From the NCBI GenBank assembly GCA_965219925.1, contig OZ244795.1, positions 1,981,622 to 2,045,621 on the forward strand: a stretch of DNA of 64,000 nucleotides, in the 5' to 3' direction. A program made the translations under genes and the position numbers. The notes beneath the pieces were generated by a model. That model was not told the DNA's origin and searched no databases. It saw only the letters and a list, made by a program, of their open reading frames with translations. Positions 31,612 to 41,909 of the stretch are shown piece after piece (position 1 is the stretch's first letter; each line of letters starts with the position of its first letter). The stretch comes from Dehalococcoidia bacterium (GTDB lineage Bacteria > Chloroflexota > Dehalococcoidia > Lucifugimonadales > UBA3495).

Positions 31612-32286
31612 ATGAACAGTCGAGGGCCGGCAGTAAAGATATGCGGTATACGCCGGCTTGACGATGCGTTGACGGCCGCCGCCGCGGGAGCCGATTACGT
31701 CGGGATGGTATTCGTGCCTGAGCGACGCCGGCGCATCGAGCCTCTGGATGCGGCAGGGATAAACGCGGGTATGCGGCGGATGATGCCCGAACCGCCGAAA
31801 TCGGTGGGGCTTTTTGGGGATCAACCTTTGGATGAGGTGCTGGAGACCGTCAGCACGTCCGGAGTGGACTTTGCCCAACTGTGTGGGAAGGAAAGCCTGG
31901 AATTTTGCCGTGAGGTAAAGAAACATGCTGGCGTAATTAAGGTGCTGCATGTTCCCTCGGACGCCGATTCTGAAGCACTGGCGGAGTTGGTGAGGCAGAT
32001 TGAAGCCTTTACCGATGCCGGCTGCACGGTAACGCTGGACAGCGATGTCGCCGGACTTCACGGAGGAACCGGGCAGTCCTTCGACTGGAATATAGCGGCA
32101 GGATTGGCTCGGAACCACAATTTTCTGCTGGCCGGCGGGTTGACTCCGGAAAACGTGGGAGATGCGGTGGCGGCGGCGCTGCCGTGGGGTGTTGATGTGT
32201 CCAGCGGTGTGGAGACGCAGGGCGAAAAAGATGCGGAAAAAATCCGGCGCTTCGTCGCAAACGCACGCAGCGTCAGGCTGACATAA
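31612..32286 (+). CDS. trpF: Phosphoribosylanthranilate isomerase
   Basis: [34 protein letters not shown]. Confidence 0.96.
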   Translation: MNSRGPAVKICGIRRLDDALTAAAAGADYVGMVFVPERRRRIEPLDAAGINAGMRRMMPEPPKSVGLFGDQPLDEVLETVSTSGVDFAQLCGKESLEFCREVKKHAGVIKVLHVPSDADSEALAELVRQIEAFTDAGCTVTLDSDVAGLHGGTGQSFDWNIAAGLARNHNFLLAGGLTPENVGDAVAAALPWGVDVSSGVETQGEKDAEKIRRFVANARSVRLT

Positions 32287-32302
32287 CGAGGTTGTACATC
32301 TC

Positions 32303-33511
32303 ATGGCGACGAGAACGGAAACGCAATTGCCAGACGCCAGGGGGCGGTTCGGAGATTTCGGCGGCAAGTTCGTGCCGGAAACGGTCATGGCGGCCCTCGC
32401 CGAACTGGAGGAGTCTTACCGAGCGGCGCAGGACGACGCCGGATTCGCCGAGCAGTTGGAAAATCTGCTAGTCAATTACGCCGGCCGCCCCACGGCGCTG
32501 TATTTTGCCGAGAACCTGAGCCGGCAGTGCGGCGGCGCGCGCATTTATCTGAAGCGTGAAGACCTGGCACATACCGGGGCGCACAAAATCAATAACGCCC
32601 TGGGGCAATGCCTGCTGGCGCAACGCATGGGGAAGTCGCGAATCATCGCCGAGACCGGCGCCGGGCAGCACGGTGTGGCGACCGCCACGGTTTGCGCCAT
32701 GCTCGGTTTGCAGTGCATCGTCTATATGGGCGTTGAGGACACGGTGCGGCAGGCCCTGAATGTGTACCGGATGCGATTGCTGGGCGCCGAAGTAATCGGC
32801 GTGGAGTCTGGGACCCGGACTCTGAAGGATGCCATCAACGAGGCGATTCGGGACTGGGTTACCAACGTTGAAACGACCCATTACCTCATCGGCAGCGTGG
32901 TTGGGCCGCATCCGTATCCGATGCTGGTGCGCGACTTCCAGTCCGTAATTGGCCGGGAAGCCAGGGAACAGATTCTGGCGGCGGAAGGCAGACTGCCCGA
33001 CGTGGTGGCCGCCTGTGTGGGCGGAGGCAGCAACGCTATCGGTACGTTTTACGAATTCATCGGCGACGAGGGTGTGCGGCTGGTCGGCGTTGAAGCGGCT
33101 GGCGACGGTGTGGACACCGGCCGCCATGCGGCGACCTTGTCGGCGGGCCGGCCGGGCGTACTGCACGGTTCGATGTCGTACCTGTTGCAGGATGAGAACG
33201 GACAGGTTCAGGAGGCCCACAGTATTTCAGCCGGGCTGGACTACCCCGGCGTGGGGCCCGAGCACAGCTGGCTGAAACAGACGGGGCGAGCCGAATACCT
33301 GTCGGTTACCGACGACGAAGCGCTGGAAGGATTCCGGCTGCTGTGCCGCTCGGAAGGGATCATTCCGGCCCTGGAATCCGCTCACGCGATTTATAAAGTC
33401 AGCCGGATGGCCGCAGATATGCCGTCGGACAGCATCATTCTGGTGTGCCTCAGCGGCCGGGGGGACAAAGATGTACCCTCAATCGCTGAGCGTGAGGGGT
33501 TGGACGTTTAG
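32303..33511 (+). CDS. trpB: Tryptophan synthase beta subunit
   Basis: [15 protein letters not shown] (PLP Lys), [32 protein letters not shown]. Confidence 0.98.
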   Translation: MATRTETQLPDARGRFGDFGGKFVPETVMAALAELEESYRAAQDDAGFAEQLENLLVNYAGRPTALYFAENLSRQCGGARIYLKREDLAHTGAHKINNALGQCLLAQRMGKSRIIAETGAGQHGVATATVCAMLGLQCIVYMGVEDTVRQALNVYRMRLLGAEVIGVESGTRTLKDAINEAIRDWVTNVETTHYLIGSVVGPHPYPMLVRDFQSVIGREAREQILAAEGRLPDVVAACVGGGSNAIGTFYEFIGDEGVRLVGVEAAGDGVDTGRHAATLSAGRPGVLHGSMSYLLQDENGQVQEAHSISAGLDYPGVGPEHSWLKQTGRAEYLSVTDDEALEGFRLLCRSEGIIPALESAHAIYKVSRMAADMPSDSIILVCLSGRGDKDVPSIAEREGLDV

Positions 33512-33562
33512 AGCGCCGGCGCCGGCCAGTCCGTAACTGCCACCATGTTGGGGATGTAGGTA

Positions 33563-34351
33563 GTGGGAGGAAGCGTTAGGCCGGTTGTAATCGTGTGGTT
33601 GTGCCTGGTCGTTGCGGTGCTGGCGACGGCGTGTGATTCGGGTGTACGGACTATCAAGGACGTCGCCCGCGTGGCCGACGAGATTGCAACCGTTGCCGGT
33701 TCGGCAAATGACGACGCGGCCGGCGACGAGGATAGCGCCTTAAAACCGCAACCGCCGGCGGTGGACGTTCGGCAAATAATGGCCGCGCTGGATGGCTTGG
33801 AGGTTGCCCGGCGTGGGAGTGAAATCGACTACGACCGGGACGATTGGCGTCATTGGGTGGACGATGACCGTGACTGCCAGAACACCCGGGCCGAAGTGCT
33901 TATTGAGGAAAGCAGGGCGCCGGTTGCCTTCGCCGGCGACGAGGATTGTCGCGTGGTGGCGGGAGAATGGCTGGGGCCGTGGAGCGGAGAAATCTTCAAC
34001 GAGGCTGGCGATGTCGATATCGATCACCATGTACCGCTTGGCCATGCCCACGAGTCCGGCGGATGGCGGTGGGATGACGACCGAAAGCGGGCGTTCGCCA
34101 ACGATTTGACCCAGCCCGCCAGTTTGCAGGTTACCAAGGCGAGCCTCAATCGGCAGAAAGGCAAGCAACCGCCCGACGAATGGCGGCCCGACGACCGGCG
34201 CGGTTGGTGCGGGTATGCGGCAGACTGGATCGTGGTCAAGAGCCGGTGGGATTTGACGGTTACCGAAGCAGAGTCAACGTCTCTGCGCGAGATGCTGGAA
34301 ACCTGCGGTTTCGACGACTCCTGGGGGTTGACAGGCCAGCATCCGGAGTAG
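33563..34351 (+). CDS. Lipoprotein with DUF1524-type HNH endonuclease domain
   Basis: Lipobox-like LATAC; YDRDDW.HW, DIDHHVPL..A..SG, FAND, N..KG...P..W.P; start codon uncertain. Confidence 0.82.
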   Translation: MGGSVRPVVIVWLCLVVAVLATACDSGVRTIKDVARVADEIATVAGSANDDAAGDEDSALKPQPPAVDVRQIMAALDGLEVARRGSEIDYDRDDWRHWVDDDRDCQNTRAEVLIEESRAPVAFAGDEDCRVVAGEWLGPWSGEIFNEAGDVDIDHHVPLGHAHESGGWRWDDDRKRAFANDLTQPASLQVTKASLNRQKGKQPPDEWRPDDRRGWCGYAADWIVVKSRWDLTVTEAESTSLREMLETCGFDDSWGLTGQHPE

Positions 34352-34448
34352 GCTGGCGCGCCTGCTGTGCTATAATCGCCGTCGGTTATGGTAAACAGGT
34401 TTCCCGAATGTGCCGACATATTCGGGCGACGACTCAAGGAGGCCAGCT

Positions 34449-35246
34449 ATGGAAATGGGATTGGACGGCAAGGTGGCGATTGTTACCGGCGGGAGCGAGG
34501 GAATCGGCAAGGCTGCGGCGTTGCGGATGGCCGGCGAAGGCGCCAACGTCATAATCGTGGCGCGGCGGCAGGATGTCCTGGACGCGGCGGCAGACGAGAT
34601 CCGCACGGCCACGGAGGGCGAGGTTACTACCGTTTCCGCCGACGTTTCCGAGCGAGGGACGGCTGCGGATGTGGTGAAAACGACGGTGGATAAATACGGA
34701 CGGCTGGATATTCTGGTCAACAACGCCGGCACTTCGATGGCAAAGGGTTTTGAACAGGTTAGCGATGACGACTGGGAATTCGACTTTGAACTGAAAGTCT
34801 GGGGCGCCGTGCGACTGATTCGCGCGTCCATACCGGAGATGCGGAAGGTCGGCGGCGGTCGCATCATCAACGTCACGAACCTTGGGGGCAGGACCCCTGG
34901 CGCCAACTCCATGCCCACGTCCATATCCCGCGCCGCCGGAATCGGCATTACCAAAGGGCTGTCGAAGGACTTGGCGTCCGACAACATCCTGGTGAACACG
35001 GTTTGTATCGGCCTGATCAAGAGCGGACAGCACGAACGTCGCTACAACGCCAGGCTGGAGAACGAACCTGACCTGGACATGAACGACTTCTACGCCCAGC
35101 TGGCTCAGGGTAGAGGTGTGCCGTTGGGTCGTGTGGGAGAGGGAGCCGAAGCGGGAGACGTAATAGCGTTCCTGGCTTCCGAACGCGCCAGCTACCTATC
35201 GGGAGTGGCGATAAACATCGACGGCGGAGCCTCGGCTGTACTGTAG
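34449..35246 (+). CDS. SDR family oxidoreductase
   Basis: TGGSEGIG, NNAG, PLGRVG, IDGG; AAGGAGG RBS; extended -10 TGCTATAAT upstream. Confidence 0.92.
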   Translation: MEMGLDGKVAIVTGGSEGIGKAAALRMAGEGANVIIVARRQDVLDAAADEIRTATEGEVTTVSADVSERGTAADVVKTTVDKYGRLDILVNNAGTSMAKGFEQVSDDDWEFDFELKVWGAVRLIRASIPEMRKVGGGRIINVTNLGGRTPGANSMPTSISRAAGIGITKGLSKDLASDNILVNTVCIGLIKSGQHERRYNARLENEPDLDMNDFYAQLAQGRGVPLGRVGEGAEAGDVIAFLASERASYLSGVAINIDGGASAVL

Positions 35247-35300
35247 GCACAGTTTGCGCTCCCAATGATCTGGACCAACGGATACTGACTGGAGAATAGT

Positions 35301-36497
35301 GTGAACGACTCATACCTAGCCGAATTTGAAGCGCCGAATCGGTTGTTGCTTGGCGCGGGTCCGTGTACGGTGCACCCGCGTGTGCTCCGCGCGATGACGC
35401 AGCCGTTGATAGGGCACCTGGACCCGATGTTCTTCCAGGTGATGGACGAAGTGTGCGAGATGCTCAGGCAGGTTTTCCACACTGAAAATTACATGACGGT
35501 TCCCATATCGTCGACCGGAACCGGGGCGATGGAAACCGCCTGCGCCAACGTCCTGGAGCGGGGAGATACTGCCATCGTTTGCCGAAACGGGTATTTTGGC
35601 GTGCGCCTGGCGGATATTGCCGAACGGTGCGGAGCCAACACCATCATGGTTGATTCTCCGTGGGGCCAACCCGCCGACCTGAACGGCCTGGAAGACGCAT
35701 TGAACGCGAATCCCAATACCCGGGTGGTTGGCCTGGTTCACGCCGAAACGTCCACGGGAGCGTTGTCTCCGTTGCAGGACGCCATCGATCTGGCGCATCG
35801 GCACGGCGCGATGGTTGTGGTTGACGCGGTTACGTCCCTGGGGAGCCACGAAGTGCGGGTCGATGACTGGGACATCGACGTTTGCTACAGCGCCAGTCAA
35901 AAGTGCCTGGGAGCGCCTCCGGGCCTGGCTCCCATCACGTTCGGCGAGCGGGCGATGCGGGTCATTAATGAACGCCCCAGCAAGGTTCAGAGCTTTTACT
36001 TCAACCTGAAGGACATCGCGGATTACTGGAACCAGACCCGCGCCTATCACCACACCAGCCCAATCACCATGACCTATGGGATGCGCGAATCGCTGCGGAT
36101 GATGATGGAAGAGGGCATCGACCAGCGCCACGCGCGCCACGCCCGAGTGGCGGGAGCCTTGCGCGCCGGCCTGACAGCGATGGGACTGGAACTGGCGGCG
36201 TCTCCTGATTATCAGCTGAACCCCATTACGGTGATCAATGTTCCCGATGGCGTGGACGACGCGGCGGCCCGCAAGAGGCTGCTGGATGAATGGGATATTG
36301 AAGTTAGCGGTGGTCTTGGAGAGTTTCGCGGCAAAGTCTGGCGCATCGGGATGATGGGCGAGGGCGCGCGCGACCGCAACGTGCTGGCAGTGTTGTCCGC
36401 GCTAGAGGTCATCCTTTCCGACGCGGGTTACGAAGTAGCTTTCGGGGCCAGCGTTGGCGCTGCGCAGCGTTCCATGGCGGCGGCGACAACCGCCTGA
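35301..36497 (+). CDS. Alanine/serine-glyoxylate aminotransferase (class V)
   Basis: LLLGAGP, GHLDP, HAETSTG, DAVTS, SASQKCLGAPPG, YHHT, WRIG.MG. Confidence 0.93.
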   Translation: MNDSYLAEFEAPNRLLLGAGPCTVHPRVLRAMTQPLIGHLDPMFFQVMDEVCEMLRQVFHTENYMTVPISSTGTGAMETACANVLERGDTAIVCRNGYFGVRLADIAERCGANTIMVDSPWGQPADLNGLEDALNANPNTRVVGLVHAETSTGALSPLQDAIDLAHRHGAMVVVDAVTSLGSHEVRVDDWDIDVCYSASQKCLGAPPGLAPITFGERAMRVINERPSKVQSFYFNLKDIADYWNQTRAYHHTSPITMTYGMRESLRMMMEEGIDQRHARHARVAGALRAGLTAMGLELAASPDYQLNPITVINVPDGVDDAAARKRLLDEWDIEVSGGLGEFRGKVWRIGMMGEGARDRNVLAVLSALEVILSDAGYEVAFGASVGAAQRSMAAATTA

Positions 36498-36575
36498 CCG
36501 TTAGCGGGACCGCCAACGCGGAATCCCAGAACCAGCGAATAACCGGGGCGACCGCCGGCCAACCGGCCGGGGTCG

Positions 36576-37973
36576 CTACCGGCCTTCGGCCTGGTAGGCG
36601 GCGTCCAGCACCTGCACCACGTGTGCCACGCGTACCGTGGATCCTGCGTTCCGCAAACCCTGTTCCAACTGGGACACGCAGCCGGGATTTGCCGAAGCGA
36701 TTATTTCGGCTCCGGTGGCGAGGGCGTTGTTCACCTTGCGTCGCTGCAGGCGGCCCGACATCTCTCGTTGGATCAGGGAATAGAACCCAGCGGAGCCGCA
36801 GCACAGCGAAGACTCCGCCATTTCGGTGAGCGTTAGGCCGGGGATGCTCTGCAGCACCTGGCGAGGGGCGGCGGTGATACGTTGGGCGTGGGCCAGATGG
36901 CAGGGGTCTTGCATGGTTACGTGGCAGGCGTATTGGGACCGCGGCGGATCCAGTGGTAGCGCGGCGAGGAATTCGGTGATGTCTCGGGTGTGGGCGGCAA
37001 AGTCGGCGGCGGCTTGCGCGTAGTCGGGATCGTCGCGGAGCAGGTCGCCATACTCTTTCATTGAGGAACCGCAGCCGGCCGACGCAGTTATCACGACGTC
37101 GACGCCAGCTTCTCGGAACGCATCAATGTTGCGCCGGGCCAGCAGGCGTCCCAGCTCCAGGTCTCCGGCGTGCAGGTTCAGAGCGCCGCAACAACCCTGA
37201 GCCGGTGGGACAATCACGTCGCAGCCATTCCGCTGCAAAACTCTAACCGCAGCCCGCATGGTGTCGCCCTGCATCAGTGGCATGACGCAACCGGACAGCA
37301 GACCAACGGTCATGCGTCGTGTTCCCTGCGAGGGGAAAGCGGACGACCGGGGGCCGAAAAACCTGCTTCCCATCACCGGCATTTGTGATTCCAGGTCGGC
37401 CAGACCACCGGGCAGCCAACGGAGTAATCCCGATTTACGCACCAGCGCCTGTATGCCAGAGCGCTGGTAGATTCGCATCAGGTGGCCGGCCATTCGCAGA
37501 CGCCCATTATGAGGCAACGCGACGCGCAGAAATAAACGGGAGAGGCGGCTCAGTTCGGGGCTCTGCTGTCCGTGCTCGGCCACTTGGGAACGGGTCTGCT
37601 CCATGATACGGCCGTATGGCACTCCGGAGGGACAGACGGCTTCGCAGGCGCGGCATTGCAGGCACATTTCCCAGTGGGACACGAGGCGGGCGCTGATGCC
37701 GGCGCGACCTTCGTGTACGGCCTTCATCAGCGCAATCCGGCCCCGTGGCGACTCGGCCTCCAGGCCGGTTTCGACATAGGTTGGGCAGGCGCTGAGGCAC
37801 AGGCCGCAATGAACGCAGCGGTACAGGTCAGATTCGACCGGAGCATCGGGGCCGGCGAACCCGGGGCCATCGTTCAACGAACCAACGAAAGGTATCCCGT
37901 AAGGGAATCCGTGGCCGCGGTCGTCTGAGGGGTCGGCCAACGGCGTGTTTGGTTCTCCGGCGCTAACCATCAC
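36576..37973 (-). CDS. glcF: Glycolate oxidase iron-sulfur subunit
   Basis: CVHCGLCLSACPTY, CLQCRACEAVCPSG, two CCG domains, DPCHLAH, ANPGC. Confidence 0.9.
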   Translation of the reverse strand: MMVSAGEPNTPLADPSDDRGHGFPYGIPFVGSLNDGPGFAGPDAPVESDLYRCVHCGLCLSACPTYVETGLEAESPRGRIALMKAVHEGRAGISARLVSHWEMCLQCRACEAVCPSGVPYGRIMEQTRSQVAEHGQQSPELSRLSRLFLRVALPHNGRLRMAGHLMRIYQRSGIQALVRKSGLLRWLPGGLADLESQMPVMGSRFFGPRSSAFPSQGTRRMTVGLLSGCVMPLMQGDTMRAAVRVLQRNGCDVIVPPAQGCCGALNLHAGDLELGRLLARRNIDAFREAGVDVVITASAGCGSSMKEYGDLLRDDPDYAQAAADFAAHTRDITEFLAALPLDPPRSQYACHVTMQDPCHLAHAQRITAAPRQVLQSIPGLTLTEMAESSLCCGSAGFYSLIQREMSGRLQRRKVNNALATGAEIIASANPGCVSQLEQGLRNAGSTVRVAHVVQVLDAAYQAEGR

Positions 37974-39325
37974 AGGCCTCCGATAAACCGGCCGGGGTTG
38001 AGGATTCCGGCTGGGTCAAATTGTGATTTGAGCCGTCGCATAATGGTCATGCCGGAAGGGAGGGGGCCCCAAACATCCAGGTGTTGCTTTACTGACTCAG
38101 GGCAGCGTTCGATGACGGCGCTACCGCCCAATCGTGCGGCGTCGGCCTGTATTGTCCGCAGAGTTTTGGCAATTGAGACCGGGTCGGCAGCGGTAAAGTC
38201 ATCCCACCAGAGCAGCCGTCCACCGCCAAAACCGACATCGACGGCAATGCCCGGTGGAGTGCCGGCCAATTCGCGGGCGCTCATCGCCAATAGCTCAGGC
38301 AAGGCGGCCGGCGGCGTGTTGATGCGAAGGCTCACCGTTGGCGGGTCGGTCGGGTTAGCGGGCAAGTCGGCCAGGGCATCGATCAGTGCAATGGCTTCGT
38401 CGCGGCGGATTTGGAGCATGGCGGCATCATCAAGCCAAAGCAAGGAAGTATCGGTAAGACGGCGTCGCACCGACGACGGACGACCGCCGATGATGGCGAT
38501 TGCTACCGGGCCATATCCGGTAACCAAATCCGGCCCGGCTACCCGTTGCGCTGCGGCGGGGTTCAAGACGTGCAAACCCATAGGGGCGTAGGGTTGGCTT
38601 TGCAGACTGCGGCAGGCTGCGGTGACTTCGGCGTTGCTGGTGAAATCGGCGACGATGACGGCCCATTCCGCTGGCGCTGGCGCAATCTTGAAGGTTGCTT
38701 CGGTGATGATAGCCAAAGTGCCCAGCGAGCCGGTATAGAGACGATTGAGGTCGTAGCCGGTTACGTTCTTGACCACTTTGCCGCCAGCGCTGGTCCGGGT
38801 TCCGGCAGCGTCGGCAACCTGGATGCCGATGAGCCAATCGCGGGGCAATCCGTATGCTGACCGCAGTGGGCCACTGATCCCGGTGGCCAGCGTACCGCCG
38901 ATGGTTGCCTTCCCCGCCAGTGGCGCTGATATGGGTACGTATTTGCCTTCCTGAGCCAGAACGGACTGGAGGCCGGAGATGGTCATGCCGGCCTGCGCAG
39001 TGATAGTTAGGTCGGCAGGCTGAAAATCAACCAGGCGGTCGAGATTGCGCAGGTCAATCGCGATGCCGGGACGGGCGGGCGGATTGCCCAGGTCGGTTTG
39101 GGTGCGACCGCCGACCGGATAGACTGCGGCGCCGGCGGCGGTCGCCCAGGCCAGTACGGAAGACACCGCATCCGGGTCGGTGGGCTTGACTGCGGCATAG
39201 GGCGTGAACGAGCCGATGGCGTATTCAGGTAATTCCCGGGCGTCCACCACGGCTTTGGGGCCGAGCAGGTCGGCGAGTTGATCTGAAGCGGTTCCCGCGG
39301 TGGTGACCATCATCCATCCACTCAC
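37970..39325 (-). CDS. glcE: Glycolate oxidase FAD-binding subunit
   Basis: ATIGG, GGKVVKNVTGYDL, GSLGTL, FDPAGILNPGR. Confidence 0.85.
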   Translation of the reverse strand: MSGWMMVTTAGTASDQLADLLGPKAVVDARELPEYAIGSFTPYAAVKPTDPDAVSSVLAWATAAGAAVYPVGGRTQTDLGNPPARPGIAIDLRNLDRLVDFQPADLTITAQAGMTISGLQSVLAQEGKYVPISAPLAGKATIGGTLATGISGPLRSAYGLPRDWLIGIQVADAAGTRTSAGGKVVKNVTGYDLNRLYTGSLGTLAIITEATFKIAPAPAEWAVIVADFTSNAEVTAACRSLQSQPYAPMGLHVLNPAAAQRVAGPDLVTGYGPVAIAIIGGRPSSVRRRLTDTSLLWLDDAAMLQIRRDEAIALIDALADLPANPTDPPTVSLRINTPPAALPELLAMSARELAGTPPGIAVDVGFGGGRLLWWDDFTAADPVSIAKTLRTIQADAARLGGSAVIERCPESVKQHLDVWGPLPSGMTIMRRLKSQFDPAGILNPGRFIGGL

Positions 39326-40755
39326 GCGTAGAGGCCGGCAGTGTGCCGGGCCGGGTGCGGAGCCGGGTGGTAATAGGAGCCATCGGGGAAGATTTTGCCG
39401 GGGTTGAGGCGATTGGCCGGCGCAAATGCGTTTCGGACGCGCTGCATTGCTGCCATGTCTTCATTGGTGTAAACGAGGGGCATAAACTCTTTCTTTTCCA
39501 GCCCAATCCCATGCTCACCGCTCAGGGTTCCACCCAAAGCCGCGCACTCCTGCATCAATTCGGCGGCGGCGGTCATGGCATTTTCCATCACGCCGGGTGC
39601 GCGGGCGTCGAAGAGCATACAGGGATGGAGGTTTCCGTCGCCGGCGTGGAATACGTTGGCGATGGTGATGCCGTAGCGTTCGCTTACCTCGGTTACTTTG
39701 CGGAGCATGTGGGTCAGCCGTGTGCGGGGTACCACGCCATCGACCAGGTAGTAATTGGGGGCGATGGTTCCGAAGGCCCCGAATGCCGTTTTGCGTCCCA
39801 CCCACAGGCGTTCGCGTTCGTCGTCGGCCTCGGCGATACGCACGTCCGCCGCGCCGGTGTCCCAAAGGGCGGATTCCACCTCGCGGCTAACCTCTTCCAC
39901 CTCTTCGTGAAGACCCTCAAGTTCTATGAGCAGCACGGCGCCGGCGTCGTTGGGATACCCGGCGTCGGTAACATTCTGGACCGCCTTGATGCTGAGGGCG
40001 TCGATCATTTCCAGGGCGGCCGGAATTATGCCGTGGCCAACGATTGCGGAAACGGCGGTGCACGCTGAGTCGATGTCGGCGAAGATTCCCAGGAACGTGC
40101 GGACCGATTCCGGAACCGGCAGCAACCTGACCAGAATTTTGGTGGCGATGCCGAAGGTACCCTCGGAACCGACGAAGGCTCCGCGCAGGTCGTAGCCGGT
40201 CGTTTCGCGAGCCATGCTGCCCAGGTTGACTACTGCGCCGTCTTCCAGGATGACTTCCATGCCTATGACGTGGTTGGTTGTGGTGCCGTAGGCCAGGCAG
40301 TGCGGGCCGCCGGCGTTTTCGGCGATGTTGCCCCCGAGGCTGCACGCCCGTTGGCTGGAAGGATCTGGGGCGTAGCGCAGGCCAAATTTGCGGGCGTGGT
40401 TGTCCAGGTCGAGGTTGATGACGCCCGGTTCCACGAGGGCAGTGCGGTTGAGGGTGTCGACTTCCAGGATTCGGTTCATCCTGGGAAATGCGATCTGCAA
40501 GCCGTCCGGCGGCGTGATTGCGCCTCCGCTGAGGCCGGTGCCGCTGCCGCGTCCGACGACTGTTACGCCGGCGTCATACGCCAGGGCGATCACTCGGCTG
40601 GCCTGTTCGGTGTCGGCGGGAAGAACAACCGCCCGCGGCATGGAGCGGTCAACTGAACCGTCGTATTCGTAAACCAGCAGATCTTCGGGGTGGGCGATGA
40701 CGTAGTCCACCCCGACTACGGCCTGGATCTGGGAGATCAGGTCTGGCGTTGCCAC
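39322..40755 (-). CDS. glcD: Glycolate oxidase FAD-linked subunit
   Basis: RGSGTGLSGG, PDPSSQ, ENAGGPHC..YG.T, GSEGT.G, HAGDGNLHP, GEHGIG.EK, NPGK. Confidence 0.92.
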   Translation of the reverse strand: MATPDLISQIQAVVGVDYVIAHPEDLLVYEYDGSVDRSMPRAVVLPADTEQASRVIALAYDAGVTVVGRGSGTGLSGGAITPPDGLQIAFPRMNRILEVDTLNRTALVEPGVINLDLDNHARKFGLRYAPDPSSQRACSLGGNIAENAGGPHCLAYGTTTNHVIGMEVILEDGAVVNLGSMARETTGYDLRGAFVGSEGTFGIATKILVRLLPVPESVRTFLGIFADIDSACTAVSAIVGHGIIPAALEMIDALSIKAVQNVTDAGYPNDAGAVLLIELEGLHEEVEEVSREVESALWDTGAADVRIAEADDERERLWVGRKTAFGAFGTIAPNYYLVDGVVPRTRLTHMLRKVTEVSERYGITIANVFHAGDGNLHPCMLFDARAPGVMENAMTAAAELMQECAALGGTLSGEHGIGLEKKEFMPLVYTNEDMAAMQRVRNAFAPANRLNPGKIFPDGSYYHPAPHPARHTAGLYA

Positions 40756-40761
40756 CGGTTA

Positions 40762-41796
40762 TCAGACCTTGCGGCGCTGATAAATCTGGACGCGGTGGCG
40801 ATTGGACTCAGTGACGTACAGGCGTTCTTCGCCGTCCAGACGCACCGAAACCGGCCCCCAGAAATATGGCTCGATCTGCGAGGAAACCAGGTAGGGAGTG
40901 TCGAGATGAGGAGGCAGCTCAGGCACCAGGTTGGACATCTCCCGGGTATTGCTTTCGTCGGGATTGACCGACATAAAGTCCTGTGCCCACTTGGACAGGG
41001 TGGCTTGCCCGCGAAGCGTCTGGACGAAATTACCGTCGGCGTCAAACAGCTGCACGCGCTCGTTGCCCCAGTCGGCGACATAGACATACCCGTCGGAATC
41101 CACGCACACGCCCGACGGTCGGCTGAGTTGGCCGTCGCCGGCGCCTGAAGAACCGTAGGACATAACGAACTGTCCATCGGAAGTAAACCGTTGTACCCGA
41201 TCGTTTCGCCAGTCAGCCACATAAACATCGCCACTGTTGGATATGCCAATGCCCCAGGGCATATTGAACTGTCCGGGCTCGCTGCCGGCCTCGCCCCACA
41301 TTCCCAGGGATTCTCCGGTAGTGGTGAACCGCTGAACACGGTTGTTGCCCTGCTCCACAACGTAAATACTGTCTTCGCGGCTGATGGCAATGCCCGCCGG
41401 AGCGTTCAGTTGGCCGGCGCTGCTGCCTTTCTCTCCCCACTGTGCAACCAGGTTGCCGTCGAGGTCGAAAACGGTTACGCGGTGCAGGTGCTCATCGGTT
41501 ACATACACGCGCTGTTGGCTATCGACGGCCATGGCGATGGGGAGCATCCATTGGCCTTCGCCGCGGCCGTAGCCCTTGCTGAATTCTCCCAGGTAATCTT
41601 CGTCCCAGTTCAACATGCCGATGCGAACGAGGGCGGCGCGGGCAGTATCGCAATGACTCAGCACCAGAATTCGCCCGTCGGCAGTGAACGCGGTGTCGTA
41701 GGGGTTGATGAAGCCGCGACCGCTTTGGTTGGTGGTCAGGCCGACCGTCTTGACGTATTCAATGGGGCCGGCGCTAACGGCAGTGGAGGTAGTCAC
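40762..41796 (-). CDS. NHL-repeat beta-propeller protein
   Basis: Repeats G...GQ...P.GIA.....VYV.D..N.RVQ.F. Confidence 0.9.
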   Translation of the reverse strand: MTTSTAVSAGPIEYVKTVGLTTNQSGRGFINPYDTAFTADGRILVLSHCDTARAALVRIGMLNWDEDYLGEFSKGYGRGEGQWMLPIAMAVDSQQRVYVTDEHLHRVTVFDLDGNLVAQWGEKGSSAGQLNAPAGIAISREDSIYVVEQGNNRVQRFTTTGESLGMWGEAGSEPGQFNMPWGIGISNSGDVYVADWRNDRVQRFTSDGQFVMSYGSSGAGDGQLSRPSGVCVDSDGYVYVADWGNERVQLFDADGNFVQTLRGQATLSKWAQDFMSVNPDESNTREMSNLVPELPPHLDTPYLVSSQIEPYFWGPVSVRLDGEERLYVTESNRHRVQIYQRRKV

Positions 41797-41909
41797 GGTG
41801 TCGTCTCCTCGAAGATGGCGAAAAGGGACCGGGCTGAAATTATCTGGCCCATTTTACAAATCCGCCCGACGGCTGCCGGGCGGAATCAATCTACAACCAA
41901 TTAGCCGGG

